From: Massalongia carnosa
Lineage: Eukaryota
DNA: 64,000 bases
Direction of reading: 5' to 3'
NCBI GenBank assembly: GCA_965645245.1
Contig: OZ287082.1
Span: 868,001 to 932,000 of the forward strand
The notes below the pieces were generated by a model. It saw only the letters and a program-made list of their open reading frames with translations. It was not told the DNA's origin and did not search any database. The translations under genes and the position numbers were made by a program. Shown here one piece after another: positions 1 to 10,742 of the stretch (position 1 is its first letter; each line of letters begins with the position of its first letter).

Positions 1-13
1 AGTACTCTTTCAA

Positions 14-2182
14 ATGCACGATGGAGTACTGAAACCGGTAGCCTATTTTTCCAAGAAGATGACCCCTGCCGAGTGTAACTATATGATTTATGATAAGGAA
101 CTCCTCTCTATTGTAAAGAGCTTCGAAGTCTGGCGCCCCGAGGTTGCAAGTGCTGCTCCTGATAAACCTGTTAAAGTATACACCGATCACAAGAATTTAG
201 AGCACTTCATGACCACGAAGCAGCTAAACAGAAGGCAAGCCAGATGGGCCGAATTTCTTTCCGAATTTAATTTCAAGATTATGTATCGACCGGGAAAGCA
301 AGGAGAGAAACCGGATACGCTTACTCGACGCTCTCAAGATCTCCCGAAAGGATTCGAAGATATCAGAGAGCAACATCAGTTTCAAACGCTGCTTCAAGAG
401 CATCAACTAGATGACGATGTACGAAAAGCGTTAGCAGTCGTGATCTGCGCAAACACAGCGGACGACGACGACGACGACGATAACAATCAAGATAATCAAA
501 GCGAATTCATCGAGGAAGACACAACAGGATCGGAGGAACCCAACGCAGAACCTACATCAGTGATCGACGAGACCGAGAGCTCAGTAACGAAGACTTTGGA
601 GGAACTAATTGAAGAAGCTTACGAAAAAGACGAAACAGTTCAAGACATAGTAGCAGCAAAGAGGAAGGAACTGAGGAAACTCCCATTGAACCTCATAAAA
701 AGAGGAATAAAGCTAGCAATGGGGGACCTCAAACTAGAAAACGACAAGCTGTATGTCAAAGGAAGACTATACGTACCAGATTACGAGCCATTGCAGCTAC
801 ATTTACTGAAAAAGCATCACGAACCACCATTACAGGGCCATCCGGGATACAAAAGTATGTATCAGATAATGAGAGAAAATTATTTCTGGTTTGAAATGAA
901 GGATCACTGCAAGAGATACGCAGTTAACTGCTCCGTATGCCGAAGATCAAAAGCATACAACGACAAGAAGCAAGGCCTGCTGAATCCTCTTCCCATTCCA
1001 AATAGAAAATGGATGGACGTGTCATTGGACTTCGTCGAATTCCTTCCAGAATGCCGAAGACGAAACAGAGTCTATCAACACATATTAGTGATAGTAGATC
1101 GTTTAACGAAAAGACGATTATACGAACCACTAACCTCTCTCTCTACTGATGAACTGATGGATGCGATGTCCAGGAGATTATTCTCCTCTTACGGATTTTC
1201 TATATCAACAGTCAACGATCGCGGTAGTCAACTAACCGCTCACTTATGGAAAAGAGTTTGCGAAAGATACGGGGTGAGAATCAAATTTTCATCTGCACAT
1301 CATCCCGAAACAGACTGTCAAACCGAAAACGCCAACAAGGTAATGAAAAATTATCTCCGAGCATACGTCAGTTACACACAAGACAATTGGGTGGATTATC
1401 TTTCAGACGCAGAGTTTGCCGCCAACAATCATGTAAATGTATCAACGGGAATGACTCCATTCTTCGCAGACCATGGCTTCCACCCACGCTGTGGCATCGA
1501 ACCACCAGGCACATACGAAGGAAAAGGAAAAGCAGAGATACTGCATGCTGACAAAATCATAGAACGGCAAGAAGCCATGCGAACCTGGCTCCGAGATCAA
1601 TTAGCCTGGGCTCAGGAAGAACAAACACGACACGCAAACAAAGGCCGTCAACCTCACCCCGAATACAAAATCGGTGACATGGTTTATGTAAACGCCAAGC
1701 ACTTTGCTTCAGAAAGACCCAGCAGATCATTAAGCTTCAAGAACATAGGACCATGGAAGATAATAAGAATTATCGACAATAAAGCATACGAATTAGAGAT
1801 CCCGGATCAGTTAAAGAACGTTGGGCTTACCCCCATCTTTCATCCGTGGAAGCTACATCTCGCACCTTCCAACCCATTCCCAGGACAAGTCTTACCGCCT
1901 GGACCGCCCATAGCCATAACCGAAAACGACGAAGAGGATGCCCACGAAGAATGGGAAGTCCTCGAAATAATAGACTGCCGCGAAACAAGAAAGTTCGGCG
2001 TGCAGTACAAAGCAACCTTCATTGGAAATTGGGATGAATGGAACGCGAACCCTTACTGGCAACCATGGACCGACTTCAAGAATTCAAAGGACAAAATCCT
2101 CCAATACCAACGAGAACATCTACAGAAACCCAAACCACCAGATGATCTAACAAAAATAGATGATAATCAAGAATCAGGCTAG
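14..2182 (+). CDS. pol: Ty3/gypsy (chromovirus) Pol C-terminal part: RNase H, integrase, chromodomain; 5' part outside the window
   Basis: RNase H motifs YDKELLSIV and YTDHKNL; integrase zinc-binding H..HPG..CSVC, core SLDFV / NDRGSQ / QTENAN; C-terminal chromodomain-like EWEVLEIID...WQPWTDF. Confidence 0.93.
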   Translation: MHDGVLKPVAYFSKKMTPAECNYMIYDKELLSIVKSFEVWRPEVASAAPDKPVKVYTDHKNLEHFMTTKQLNRRQARWAEFLSEFNFKIMYRPGKQGEKPDTLTRRSQDLPKGFEDIREQHQFQTLLQEHQLDDDVRKALAVVICANTADDDDDDDNNQDNQSEFIEEDTTGSEEPNAEPTSVIDETESSVTKTLEELIEEAYEKDETVQDIVAAKRKELRKLPLNLIKRGIKLAMGDLKLENDKLYVKGRLYVPDYEPLQLHLLKKHHEPPLQGHPGYKSMYQIMRENYFWFEMKDHCKRYAVNCSVCRRSKAYNDKKQGLLNPLPIPNRKWMDVSLDFVEFLPECRRRNRVYQHILVIVDRLTKRRLYEPLTSLSTDELMDAMSRRLFSSYGFSISTVNDRGSQLTAHLWKRVCERYGVRIKFSSAHHPETDCQTENANKVMKNYLRAYVSYTQDNWVDYLSDAEFAANNHVNVSTGMTPFFADHGFHPRCGIEPPGTYEGKGKAEILHADKIIERQEAMRTWLRDQLAWAQEEQTRHANKGRQPHPEYKIGDMVYVNAKHFASERPSRSLSFKNIGPWKIIRIIDNKAYELEIPDQLKNVGLTPIFHPWKLHLAPSNPFPGQVLPPGPPIAITENDEEDAHEEWEVLEIIDCRETRKFGVQYKATFIGNWDEWNANPYWQPWTDFKNSKDKILQYQREHLQKPKPPDDLTKIDDNQESG

Positions 2183-2225
2183 CTGGCAGGGCGCCTGCCA
2201 CTTAGCGCTTCGGAGACCTCGCCAA

Positions 2226-2380
2226 TAGAAGGGGGGGATAGTGTCAGGGTCCTAGCCTGACATAAGGCTGAGATGGAAGGGGGGATCACGGGAGCACGCG
2301 AGGCTAGCGCGACACTCGGTACAGATATTTCTAGCGAGTCGCGCACAATGATTCTTTTCTTCTTTTGTAGATAAATTTTA
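2226..2380 (+). mobile_element. Gypsy polypurine tract and start of a truncated 3' LTR
   Basis: AGAAGGGGGGGATAG followed by TGTCAGGG at 2242; a near-identical PPT/LTR junction is on the minus strand at about 32892-32907. Right boundary approximate. Confidence 0.75.
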
Positions 2381-2382
2381 GT

Positions 2383-3228
2383 TTAATAGCGGTTGATTAG
2401 AATCGACGACAGCTTCCTTACAAGACCTGTGTAGACATGAGTGTATCGACTAGCATCGCAGGTGAAGGTAAAGAAGTAGAGTTCATTCAGAAGTCCTAGG
2501 GGCTTGATGGGTCCAACAAGATCAGAGTGAACCTTCTGGAATAATTCCTCTGTCTTCTTCTGAGTTGACCGATTATATTGCTTTGTTGCCTTTCCTAGTT
2601 CACAGGAGGACCAGTACCAATCATCCTTGATGTCATCCAGAAACGATACGTCTAGACCTTTTAGGTATTTCCGACAGCTTGAGATGTTGAGGTGACCGAG
2701 ACGGGCGTGCCATGTTGTCAATTTCACCTTGCTGGACGTGTGATAAATCGCCGTCTCAGGCCATTGAAAGATATCGGCTTCTATTCTTGTAAGCTGAATA
2801 GCCAGGTCTGGGGTGTGCAAGGTCTTCAGCATGAAGTTGGTATTGACTCTTGGTGCATAGCCTATGATGTCTCTGGTTGAAAGAAGAAACAGATTCCAGT
2901 TCAGGTTGTCAAAGTAGACCTTATGTTGATTGAGTAATCCAAGACTGACAAGATTTACTGGACATTGTGGAATGTAAAGAACGTTATTAAGGACGAGTAT
3001 TGACGAAGTTGTGTCATCGTCTGATGCTAACGTTATACGAATCATTCCCCTTCCTGGCGAAGTGCCATTAGAAGTAGAGCATGCCAGGTCTGTAGGATAG
3101 ACTATGTAGTCAGCGAAAGAAGATCTGTTGTTACATACGTGCATGTCTGCGGCACTATCCAAAAGCCAGGAATTTCTGCTGAGACTCGTCATGGTCATAA
3201 CCTTCTGCAGCCTAGTGGGCATGACCAA
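2383..3228 (-). pseudogene. pol: Copia A pol fragment: protease, GAG-pre-integrase, start of integrase
   Basis: WLLDSAADMHVCN; WHARLGHLN; VHSDLVGP; similarity to the 36182 pol ends abruptly after HVYTG. Confidence 0.88.
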
Positions 3229-3234
3229 TGTGAG

Positions 3235-4156
3235 TCAACTGTCCACAGTTGGCACATTTGTTGTGGTGAGAGACATTGATGGCGTTTTGGTTTTTGAAAC
3301 AGAGGTTTTTGTCCCTCTTGTTTTCATAGACTTCAATGGAAATTTGGGTCGCTTCTCAGGATACTTTTGCCAGCATCTTTCTGGTGCATGAGCGGTTGTT
3401 CCTTTACTCACACATTCCGAAAAAGTGCAAGTTCCTGGCGGTGTCTTATCGTTTCTACTTGAAACGTTGGTATGAAATGCCTTCTTGTCAAACATATTGA
3501 CAGAATAAGAGGTAATCGCTCTGCACGTAACAGTGAGATTTGATTTGCTAGTGAGCCAGTCGCGACGAAGTTGAGCTATAAGAGGTAGATAGACATCAGA
3601 AACGTTCCGTAACAAATATCCTTGAAGAACTTGTTCTGCACCCATTTCTCAATTCCGAGTTCTCTTCTATCATGCCCTTTATGGAGTTTAATGCTTTTTC
3701 ATATTCGGCGCAATATTTAACAGCGCTTTCATACTCCGTCATTCTTTTAAAGCTCATGTTGTAAAGAATTTCGGTGATGCTCATGGTTGCAATATCTTGA
3801 AACTTTGTTCTCAAAGTTCTCCACATTTCACCGGCCGATTTGTTTGCAAGAAGAGTATGATACTGTTGAGCGACTCGCATTTGGATGATCCCTTCGGCCT
3901 TGGGCATAAGATGATTCAGTTTTTCAATGTCCGCTCCGACTTTGGTGAAAATCTGTCCATCCTTGATATGTGCATCAGTGAATCCCATTCCCAAGTATTT
4001 AAGCTTGATTGTTTGATATGAGATGGCTGATATATTGTCTTGAATAGCAAAGATACAGTCTTTTTGCTTTAAAATTGCTTCCGTGTGGGTTGCCCATTGG
4101 GAATAGTCTTCAGCTTTCTCTAATAACAGGACTTTATCCTGAAGAGAATTCGTCAT
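3235..4156 (-). pseudogene. gag: Copia A gag, frameshifted near 3640
   Basis: Two overlapping ORFs (3596-4183, 3235-3645) are colinear with the intact gag at 35240 (LLEKAEDYSQWA / LLENSEHYSAWA; PLIAQLRRDW in both); Cys/His knuckle CTFSEC...H..ERC. Confidence 0.85.
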
Positions 4157-4339
4157 CGCGGGTTGATAAGGTAAAATAGACAAATTATATTGATATCTAA
4201 AGAGTTCTTATGACACAAGAAATGTAAATGATGGATGTAGGATATGAAAAGTAAATTCCTATTAAGAAAAAACTAGACAGTGATCCCTTCCTTTAATCAT
4301 TTTTCATTTCTTTATTTCCCGTAGTATCTGTCTCTATGC

Positions 4340-4530
4340 CTGCATTCGGAAGAAAACTCATATTCCGATAGCGGCCTAAAAAGCTATCGCATCCAGAAGA
4401 GAAAATCTCATATTCCGGAAGCGGCTTAAATGGTTCTCGCATTCGGAAGAGAAGTCTCATATTCCGATAGCGGCTTAAAAAGCTTTCGTATCCAGAAGAG
4501 ATAATCTCATATTCCGGAAGCGGCTTTGAT
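4340..4530. repeat. About 99-bp tandem duplication (50-bp sub-period) in the copia A leader
   Basis: CTCATATTCCG recurs four times; ORF 4293-4598 shows a 33-aa repeat. Confidence 0.75.
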
Positions 4531-5430
4531 GATTTTTTTGAAAGAAGTGATTTAGACTCCAAAGAGAGAGCGGAACTCGAATAACATGAATTTATCATGT
4601 TTTTTGACAGGCTCTCGTCTTTGAAGTGTGTATCTCTTCTTGCCTTGAGCTTTCTAATTGTAGTTTTGTCTCTGATCTTCGAAGAATCTATCTTAAATAG
4701 ATTCGCTCGATATTCAAAAGATCTACTAGTTTCATAATAGTACTCAAAGATTTTTTAAATATTATATCTTCATAATCAAGCTCTTTCTTGCAAGCAAGTC
4801 TTGTACTTGATAAGATGATATCTCTTGCTTTTATGAATCAAGAATAATCGTTGTAGTTTGTATCATTCTCGTCATAATAAATAGTCAAGGGGTTGAGATT
4901 GTTTCTAAAGACACAGATGATTCAGCTTCTTGTCTGTAAGAATTCAAACAGATACGATTGTATAGCTTATTTAGCACTGTAGTACTGCGGATAAAAGGCT
5001 TTCGATTCGTGTAGAATCAATAGTGCCCTTCCGGGCTCATAACCTGTTGAAATAGGTATATGACTATGGCTATATGACTATGTAATAATAAGTGTATGAA
5101 TAACCGTGATATTAAGTATGAAGAGTGCTATTCAGCAGTCTTTATCCTATTACTGGTCACCCTCTGTTGATTGATTGATTTTTCTTACGCCGATATGACA
5201 CCAGCTGAAGCTGGCCCATGCGGGAGATACTACATAGGCTATATAAAGGCAGAAAACCCGAACGGGTAAAAAACTGCTCCTGCGTACCAGGTTTGTAGAG
5301 GACTCGCTCTTTCCCCGGGTTGATCTCTACGGTTTGGGAAACCCGCTATACCCGTTATGCGCCTGAGTAAGTGCAAGAATAAAAGAGAAGAAAAGAAAAT
5401 AAGTAGAAGAAAAAACCAATTCTCCTCTCA

Positions 5431-8400
5431 TTATTGCTCCGTCATTTGCGCGGCAATGGTGTACTGTGTTAGTATGCCCGTACGCATAAGCCATGCAGTG
5501 ATTATTTTGATCGCTTTGGGGTCTGTTATCAGTTTTTGATAATCCAGCGAGCCAGCTGCACGCAACATATCGATTCTATTATGCAATCCGCAGAACATTA
5601 TCACATGTTTCGCCGTTTGAAAGCGGCTTCCGCACAGGCAGGCCGCGGACTCAATGTCTGGCACCTTGCGTTTGAATAGAAAACTCGCTAACCCGATTTT
5701 CTCTGTTCTAATTTGAATTGCGAGGGAGCTTTGCGCCTTATTCAGCAGCTTGTGCGTGTTCAACCTGTTTTTGTGCAATGGACCCGACTGTGCTATTGTT
5801 GGATCAAGCGTATGTATTGATTGATACGCTATCCATTTGTCCTTCCATTTTTCTTTAAATCGTTTCGCTATGATTCCGTCTCTTTCTCTTTGAAGTGCGG
5901 CATATTCTGCTCGTTTTTCCTCTTGTGCATTCTCCGCTTTTTCCCATGGTGGTGTGCGTTTGGGCTTTCTCTTTGTTGATACTTCAGCTGTCAGCTTGGC
6001 CACCCATCTCTGTCTACGAGCTCCCGGTGTTTCTCCAATAATCCGTTGTCGCCCTCTTTTCCCTTTCAATCTCGTTCTGATTTTCTCGCATGCCTGTTCT
6101 ATGACTTTTGCCTGACCGTTGTGTTGTAGCCTCGATCTACCTTTGGCCTGCAGATGATCCAAATGTTGCGTCAATGGACAGATGAATGTTTCCGCCTGTA
6201 ACACCTCGATGGGTGTGGCCCTGTACGCTCCGGCTACTACTCGTAAACATTTGTTTTGTACGATCTCGAGTTTGCTTTTCCTCGTGACTTTGACGTGCTT
6301 TTGTGTTTCCTCCGGCGTGTGCCATACCAGAGAACCATGGGTCATTGCCGGGCGTACCACCGCCGTGTACACGTGACGGGCTTGTAGGAGGGTCGCACCC
6401 CAAGTGGCTGCGGCGATTCTAGTCAGCGCTCTCGTTTGTCTCGTCATTTTCTTCTGTATCTCTTTGTAGTGCGCCGACCAATTGAGCCTCGTGTCTATGT
6501 ACACCCCCAGCACTCGTACAGATTTCGTGACGTTGAGTAGTTTGCCGTTTACTGTGAAGGAAGCTTCGAGATTGAATTTCTTGGGATTTTTTGCTAGATG
6601 TATGAGCTCGTATTTATGCGGCGCGAACACGGAGCCGTGGCGTTTCGCCCATCGTTCGCAATTCTCGTGTATTTCTTTCAATGTTTTGCAATTTTCTTCC
6701 GTGGATTTGCCATATGTCAGGATGTTCACGTCGTCTACGAATCCTATGCCTGCCGCGTTTGTGCTGGGTCTATTGCAAATGTCTAAGAGGTCCGCATTGT
6801 AAAAGAGATATAGAATGGGAGATAGAGGAGATCCCTGAGGGATTCCTATGCTCAGCGGAAATGCGTTAGTGGTGCGTTGATTAATCGTGAGCGTGGTTTC
6901 TCTTTCTTTCAAGAAACTATCCGTCCATTTGGCTATCCACTCTGGGATCTTTCGTTTTCTCATGTTGTGAATGAGCCTACGATGAGAGACGGTGTCAAAG
7001 GCTCCCGATACGTCTATGCTCAATAGAGATGCCACTTTATCGTTACCCTGATTCCATACGGTGTGCACTTGTTCAGTGAGCAGCTCCAGTGCTGTTTCCG
7101 TTCCGCGGCCCGGCCTTGCACCCATTTGAGTATCCGGGATCAGTTTAAATTCTTCCGTCAGATGGCTAATTTTCCTTGCTATAATGGATTCCAATGCTTT
7201 GCCCAACGTGTTCAACAACGCTATGGGTCTCCATGCCTTGGGATCCGTATAGTTTCCTTTTCCTGGCTTCTTTAGCGTGATAGTGTTGGCGATTTTAAAG
7301 ACTTTCGGATGATATCCTTCATTCACACATGCTTGAAAAAGTGGTGTCAGCAATTTGATTAGGTTTTCTGAACAGGCTTTGAGAATTCTATTTGTGATTC
7401 CATCCGGTCCTGGGGCTTTGTCTGGCTTTGGCTTTCGCAGCGCCGCCGCCACTTCTTCTTCCGTTATCAGTGCTGGACATTCTGGTGTTGGAGGGTACGA
7501 ATATCCTACGAGATCCCCGAGATCCGCGTTAGGAGGAGGGGGAAAGAAGGACTTCTTCAGCATATTTACTCTCTTCTCGAACGTGTCTGCTATCGTATTG
7601 GGATTTTGTGCTGTTGCTAACGGGGGCATTTTTGGAATTTCTCTTGGTGCGTCGCTTCTGTCTTTGCCCCATTTTGCGAGTCGGAAGAGTCCTGTTCTTG
7701 ATGCTGCAACTTCGGCCATTTGTTCTCTGAAATGAAGATTTCTTGCCTTACCGATGATTTTCTGTTTTTTGTCGTTCATTCTGATGTAGTTTTTCCAGTC
7801 TGACAGATTTCTTTCCGCCGTCCAGATCCTACGAAGCCTGCGGGTCTCCTTCGTTGCCTCCTCGCACTCTCTATTCCAGAAGGACTTCGCCTGGGGACTA
7901 GGTTTAGCCCATGGTACCGCCTCCTGAACGATTCTTTTGAGGTAGTCTTGAATATCTGCAGTGTATGCATCAATTTCGTTGGCGCCTCGTACGACGCGTG
8001 GTGTGGGGGCATTTCTCTCAACTTCTCTCAGTTTATTCATGTCCAGGAGTTTCCAGGCTCTTCGGCGGGGAGGCGTAAGGGGTTCACAGGTGAGGCGGAG
8101 CCTCGTCGATATTGGTACGTGATCTGAGTCTTGATTCAGCTCCGGGACTGTGATACAGTGTTCCAATCTTTCTACGAGATCTTCCGTCATGAACACCAGA
8201 TCGATGGTGCTGAATGAGTTTCTTGCCTCCCATGTCACTGTTCCTCTTGGCAGGGTGAGCGAAAGATTTTTACTTTCAATGATGTCTAGTAGCTGTTCGG
8301 ACGCCTCGTGTTGACCTCGCACTCTCGCACCTCCCCAATGTGGATGATGAAGGTTGAAATCCCCTAGCAAGATGTGTTCTCCTGGCCCGTTCAGTTGACG

Positions 8401-8805
8401 CAGGGCGGCCGGTAGGGTAGACGGACTATCCGTCGCTGAGATAGATAACGGGGATGGATTGTAGATGTTGTGTATATGAATTTTTCTTAACACGCTTCCT
8501 ATTCTGATTTCTATATTCAATGTGCATAGATCTTCTGTTGGATATTCCACGTCCCAACTTTCTGGATCTATCTTCTCGTTGATATAGAAGCAGACGCGTG
8601 TGTCTCCTCCGGATTTGTAAAGTAAGTGAAACCCGCTCTGATAGGGGTTGAGTAGTAGGGCCGTTGTAGGGTTTTTCCATGGTTCTTGAATAGCAATGAT
8701 ATCGAAATTCTTTGTTTTCTCGTCTGCAAGCAATGGTATCAGTGTGCCTTTCGCACTTTTCCTGACGTTGTACTGCAGAATTGTGAGAGTGTTCGTGTCT
8801 CTCAT
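5431..8805 (-). CDS. LINE ORF2: AP endonuclease, reverse transcriptase, C-terminal CCHC
   Basis: QYNVRK, IAIQEPW, LLGDFN, TIDL, SDH; RT motifs KAPGPDG, WRPIALLN, GAFD, QGSPLSP, FVDD; CLCG..QTAKHVIMFC. Confidence 0.95.
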   Translation of the reverse strand: MRDTNTLTILQYNVRKSAKGTLIPLLADEKTKNFDIIAIQEPWKNPTTALLLNPYQSGFHLLYKSGGDTRVCFYINEKIDPESWDVEYPTEDLCTLNIEIRIGSVLRKIHIHNIYNPSPLSISATDSPSTLPAALRQLNGPGEHILLGDFNLHHPHWGGARVRGQHEASEQLLDIIESKNLSLTLPRGTVTWEARNSFSTIDLVFMTEDLVERLEHCITVPELNQDSDHVPISTRLRLTCEPLTPPRRRAWKLLDMNKLREVERNAPTPRVVRGANEIDAYTADIQDYLKRIVQEAVPWAKPSPQAKSFWNRECEEATKETRRLRRIWTAERNLSDWKNYIRMNDKKQKIIGKARNLHFREQMAEVAASRTGLFRLAKWGKDRSDAPREIPKMPPLATAQNPNTIADTFEKRVNMLKKSFFPPPPNADLGDLVGYSYPPTPECPALITEEEVAAALRKPKPDKAPGPDGITNRILKACSENLIKLLTPLFQACVNEGYHPKVFKIANTITLKKPGKGNYTDPKAWRPIALLNTLGKALESIIARKISHLTEEFKLIPDTQMGARPGRGTETALELLTEQVHTVWNQGNDKVASLLSIDVSGAFDTVSHRRLIHNMRKRKIPEWIAKWTDSFLKERETTLTINQRTTNAFPLSIGIPQGSPLSPILYLFYNADLLDICNRPSTNAAGIGFVDDVNILTYGKSTEENCKTLKEIHENCERWAKRHGSVFAPHKYELIHLAKNPKKFNLEASFTVNGKLLNVTKSVRVLGVYIDTRLNWSAHYKEIQKKMTRQTRALTRIAAATWGATLLQARHVYTAVVRPAMTHGSLVWHTPEETQKHVKVTRKSKLEIVQNKCLRVVAGAYRATPIEVLQAETFICPLTQHLDHLQAKGRSRLQHNGQAKVIEQACEKIRTRLKGKRGRQRIIGETPGARRQRWVAKLTAEVSTKRKPKRTPPWEKAENAQEEKRAEYAALQRERDGIIAKRFKEKWKDKWIAYQSIHTLDPTIAQSGPLHKNRLNTHKLLNKAQSSLAIQIRTEKIGLASFLFKRKVPDIESAACLCGSRFQTAKHVIMFCGLHNRIDMLRAAGSLDYQKLITDPKAIKIITAWLMRTGILTQYTIAAQMTEQ

Positions 8806-10412
8806 AATTGATCGTCATTGTTGAGAAGTTCTTCGTTAGTGCTTGGCGTCCTGATGCGTGGACGACCTCTCACCGGCTTGGCGAAGGCCATTTCTCGAAT
8901 CTCCGGATTCATCATTCTTGTCGTTCTCCATTCTTCTCTTCCTCGTAGGGGCTTCTCTCTATCCTCTCTCCTGGGCGATAATGATCGCGATCGTGCCACC
9001 AGCGGTCTTCCTGCGAGGTTCGTGCTTGGCTTTCTTTTTCTTATTGTTTCCATAGCCTCTGTCATTTCTTCATCGTTTGTCTCCTGTACCTCTTCCTCCT
9101 CTACTATGGTGCTCCCTGTCCCGTCGGTCTGGCTTCGTTGGGTGTCTTTGTTGTTGTCGGTTGTGATGATCACTTCGACGTTCTGCAGCGGTGCGTTGGG
9201 AGATGGTGTGCTTTTCGATCCTAATCCTCTTTCCTTTCTCTTTTCCTCTTCTCTCCCGCTCGGAGGTGTTGCGTAAAGTCTTCTAGCGGAGTCCCTTGCG
9301 ATTTCCGTTCGATGCTTTCTCTCCTTTCTTGTTCTGCATTCTGCCGCCCATGCTGGGTGGCCTTTTTCTCCACACGCTCCGCATCGTAGGAACCTCGGCG
9401 CCTTGTTGCCGGGGCACGATCGGCTTTCGTGTCTCCCCGCGCAGTATCCACATGTGGTGGGATTTCTGCAGAACTTTGCTATATGGCCGTATTGTTGACA
9501 ATTGAAGCATTGTGTGAGCTTGCATCCGGCTTCGAATAGCTCGCACGTCTTGATTTCTCCTCTGTCTGCTAGACCTACGAGGATGAGCCGATTGGCCATC
9601 TCCGCAGTTTCTACCTCGATGTGCATAGACGCGTATCTCTTGTTCTGCTTAATGGCTCTAGTGCTCCATGCCACTCTATTAATTTTTAGGTCTTCGTGCA
9701 GATCCTTGTTTTCTCTTATCAGATATTCTATGGCCTTCATTTGTTTTGGTCCTCGTACATCGTTCATCCGCATGCCGTGTGCTATTACCGCGTATCCCTC
9801 TTTACGAATCGTCGCCGATGCCGCCACATTCTTTATCCATGCTGGTTGTGATTGGAGGCTCTGCTTAGCCTGCGCTGTTTTGGTGTGGATTTTCAAATCC
9901 CCGCTGGGGAGCTTCCTGATACCCGCTATCTCGCTGTTGGGGATTTTTATAGCTTCTATGATTTCTTTTGTCGTCTTTCTTCCCAAGGCCTCTTGCTCTT
10001 TGGGATCTTCTATTCTGACTATGAGTTCTTTCATCTTTCTCTTTTCTCTAAGCATGTTTTCATCGATTTGGGTCTGCGTCTTTCCGATATCCCCAGTCGT
10101 TCCCCTACGGCCCCCAGACGCGACGGCGGCGTAGCTGAGCGCTTTTCCATTGTTTTCTCCCTGCTTCTCAATCTTCTGTAATCTTTGTTGTATGTCGTGC
10201 AGTGTGCTTTGAAGACTTTCTTGATTCGACGCGTCAGGCGCGTCGCGTTTTGCCTCGTTTTGTTCTATGAACTCCACCAATGCGAGTATCTAGCGACTCA
10301 CTACTGCGCCTGGTACGGTCTCCCCCATACCTTTTAGTACCTCCCTCGCTTTACATGTTAAGTGGTAGGCTTCACTCATTTCACGCGTCAAGGCGTATTC
10401 GTTCGTGATCAT
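8802..10412 (-). pseudogene. LINE copy 1 ORF1 (gag-like, three CCHC knuckles) with an early nonsense codon
   Basis: In-frame ATG at 10412; TAG at 10290-10292 aligns with W in RRWIL of the intact ORF1 at 10743; CFNCQQYGHIAKFC. Confidence 0.85.
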
Positions 10413-10742
10413 TCTTTAGAATCACCAGCGTCCAAAGGGTTCCAATTTTTCGATTTCAATCCTGAAATTAAATAGATAATTTTGTATTGCATACGTCTTC
10501 TGAATAGGATCCTGCGCCTGAACAATCCTCTCACCCTCTGTTAAGTAAGGTAATCTTTATCTTATCTTATGACTAGGTCTGATGCGGCTTCTACGGTTTC
10601 CTAGATGCTATGTTTATTTTACTGATAGGAATTGGATATTCAACAGATCTACATAAACTTATTACATATTATTTATTCTACAGACTGTAAAAGGCGATGT
10701 GGATTAGAATAATATTTGCAAGAAACGACTAATTAACGGAAA

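Larger units (their letters stand above)
5169..10530 (-). mobile_element. Tad1-like LINE copy 1, full length
   Basis: 12-bp TSD TCACCCTCTGTT at 5157-5168 and 10531-10542; (AATC)n tail; ORF1 and ORF2 present. Confidence 0.93.
2383..10645 (-). mobile_element. Ty1/copia element A, 3'-truncated; its 5' LTR (5045-10645) is interrupted by LINE copy 1
   Basis: LTR TGTTGA...TCAACA homologous to the 33420 LTR; PBS GGTTATGAGCCC at 5033-5044 (-); frameshifted gag; pol truncated inside integrase. Confidence 0.88.
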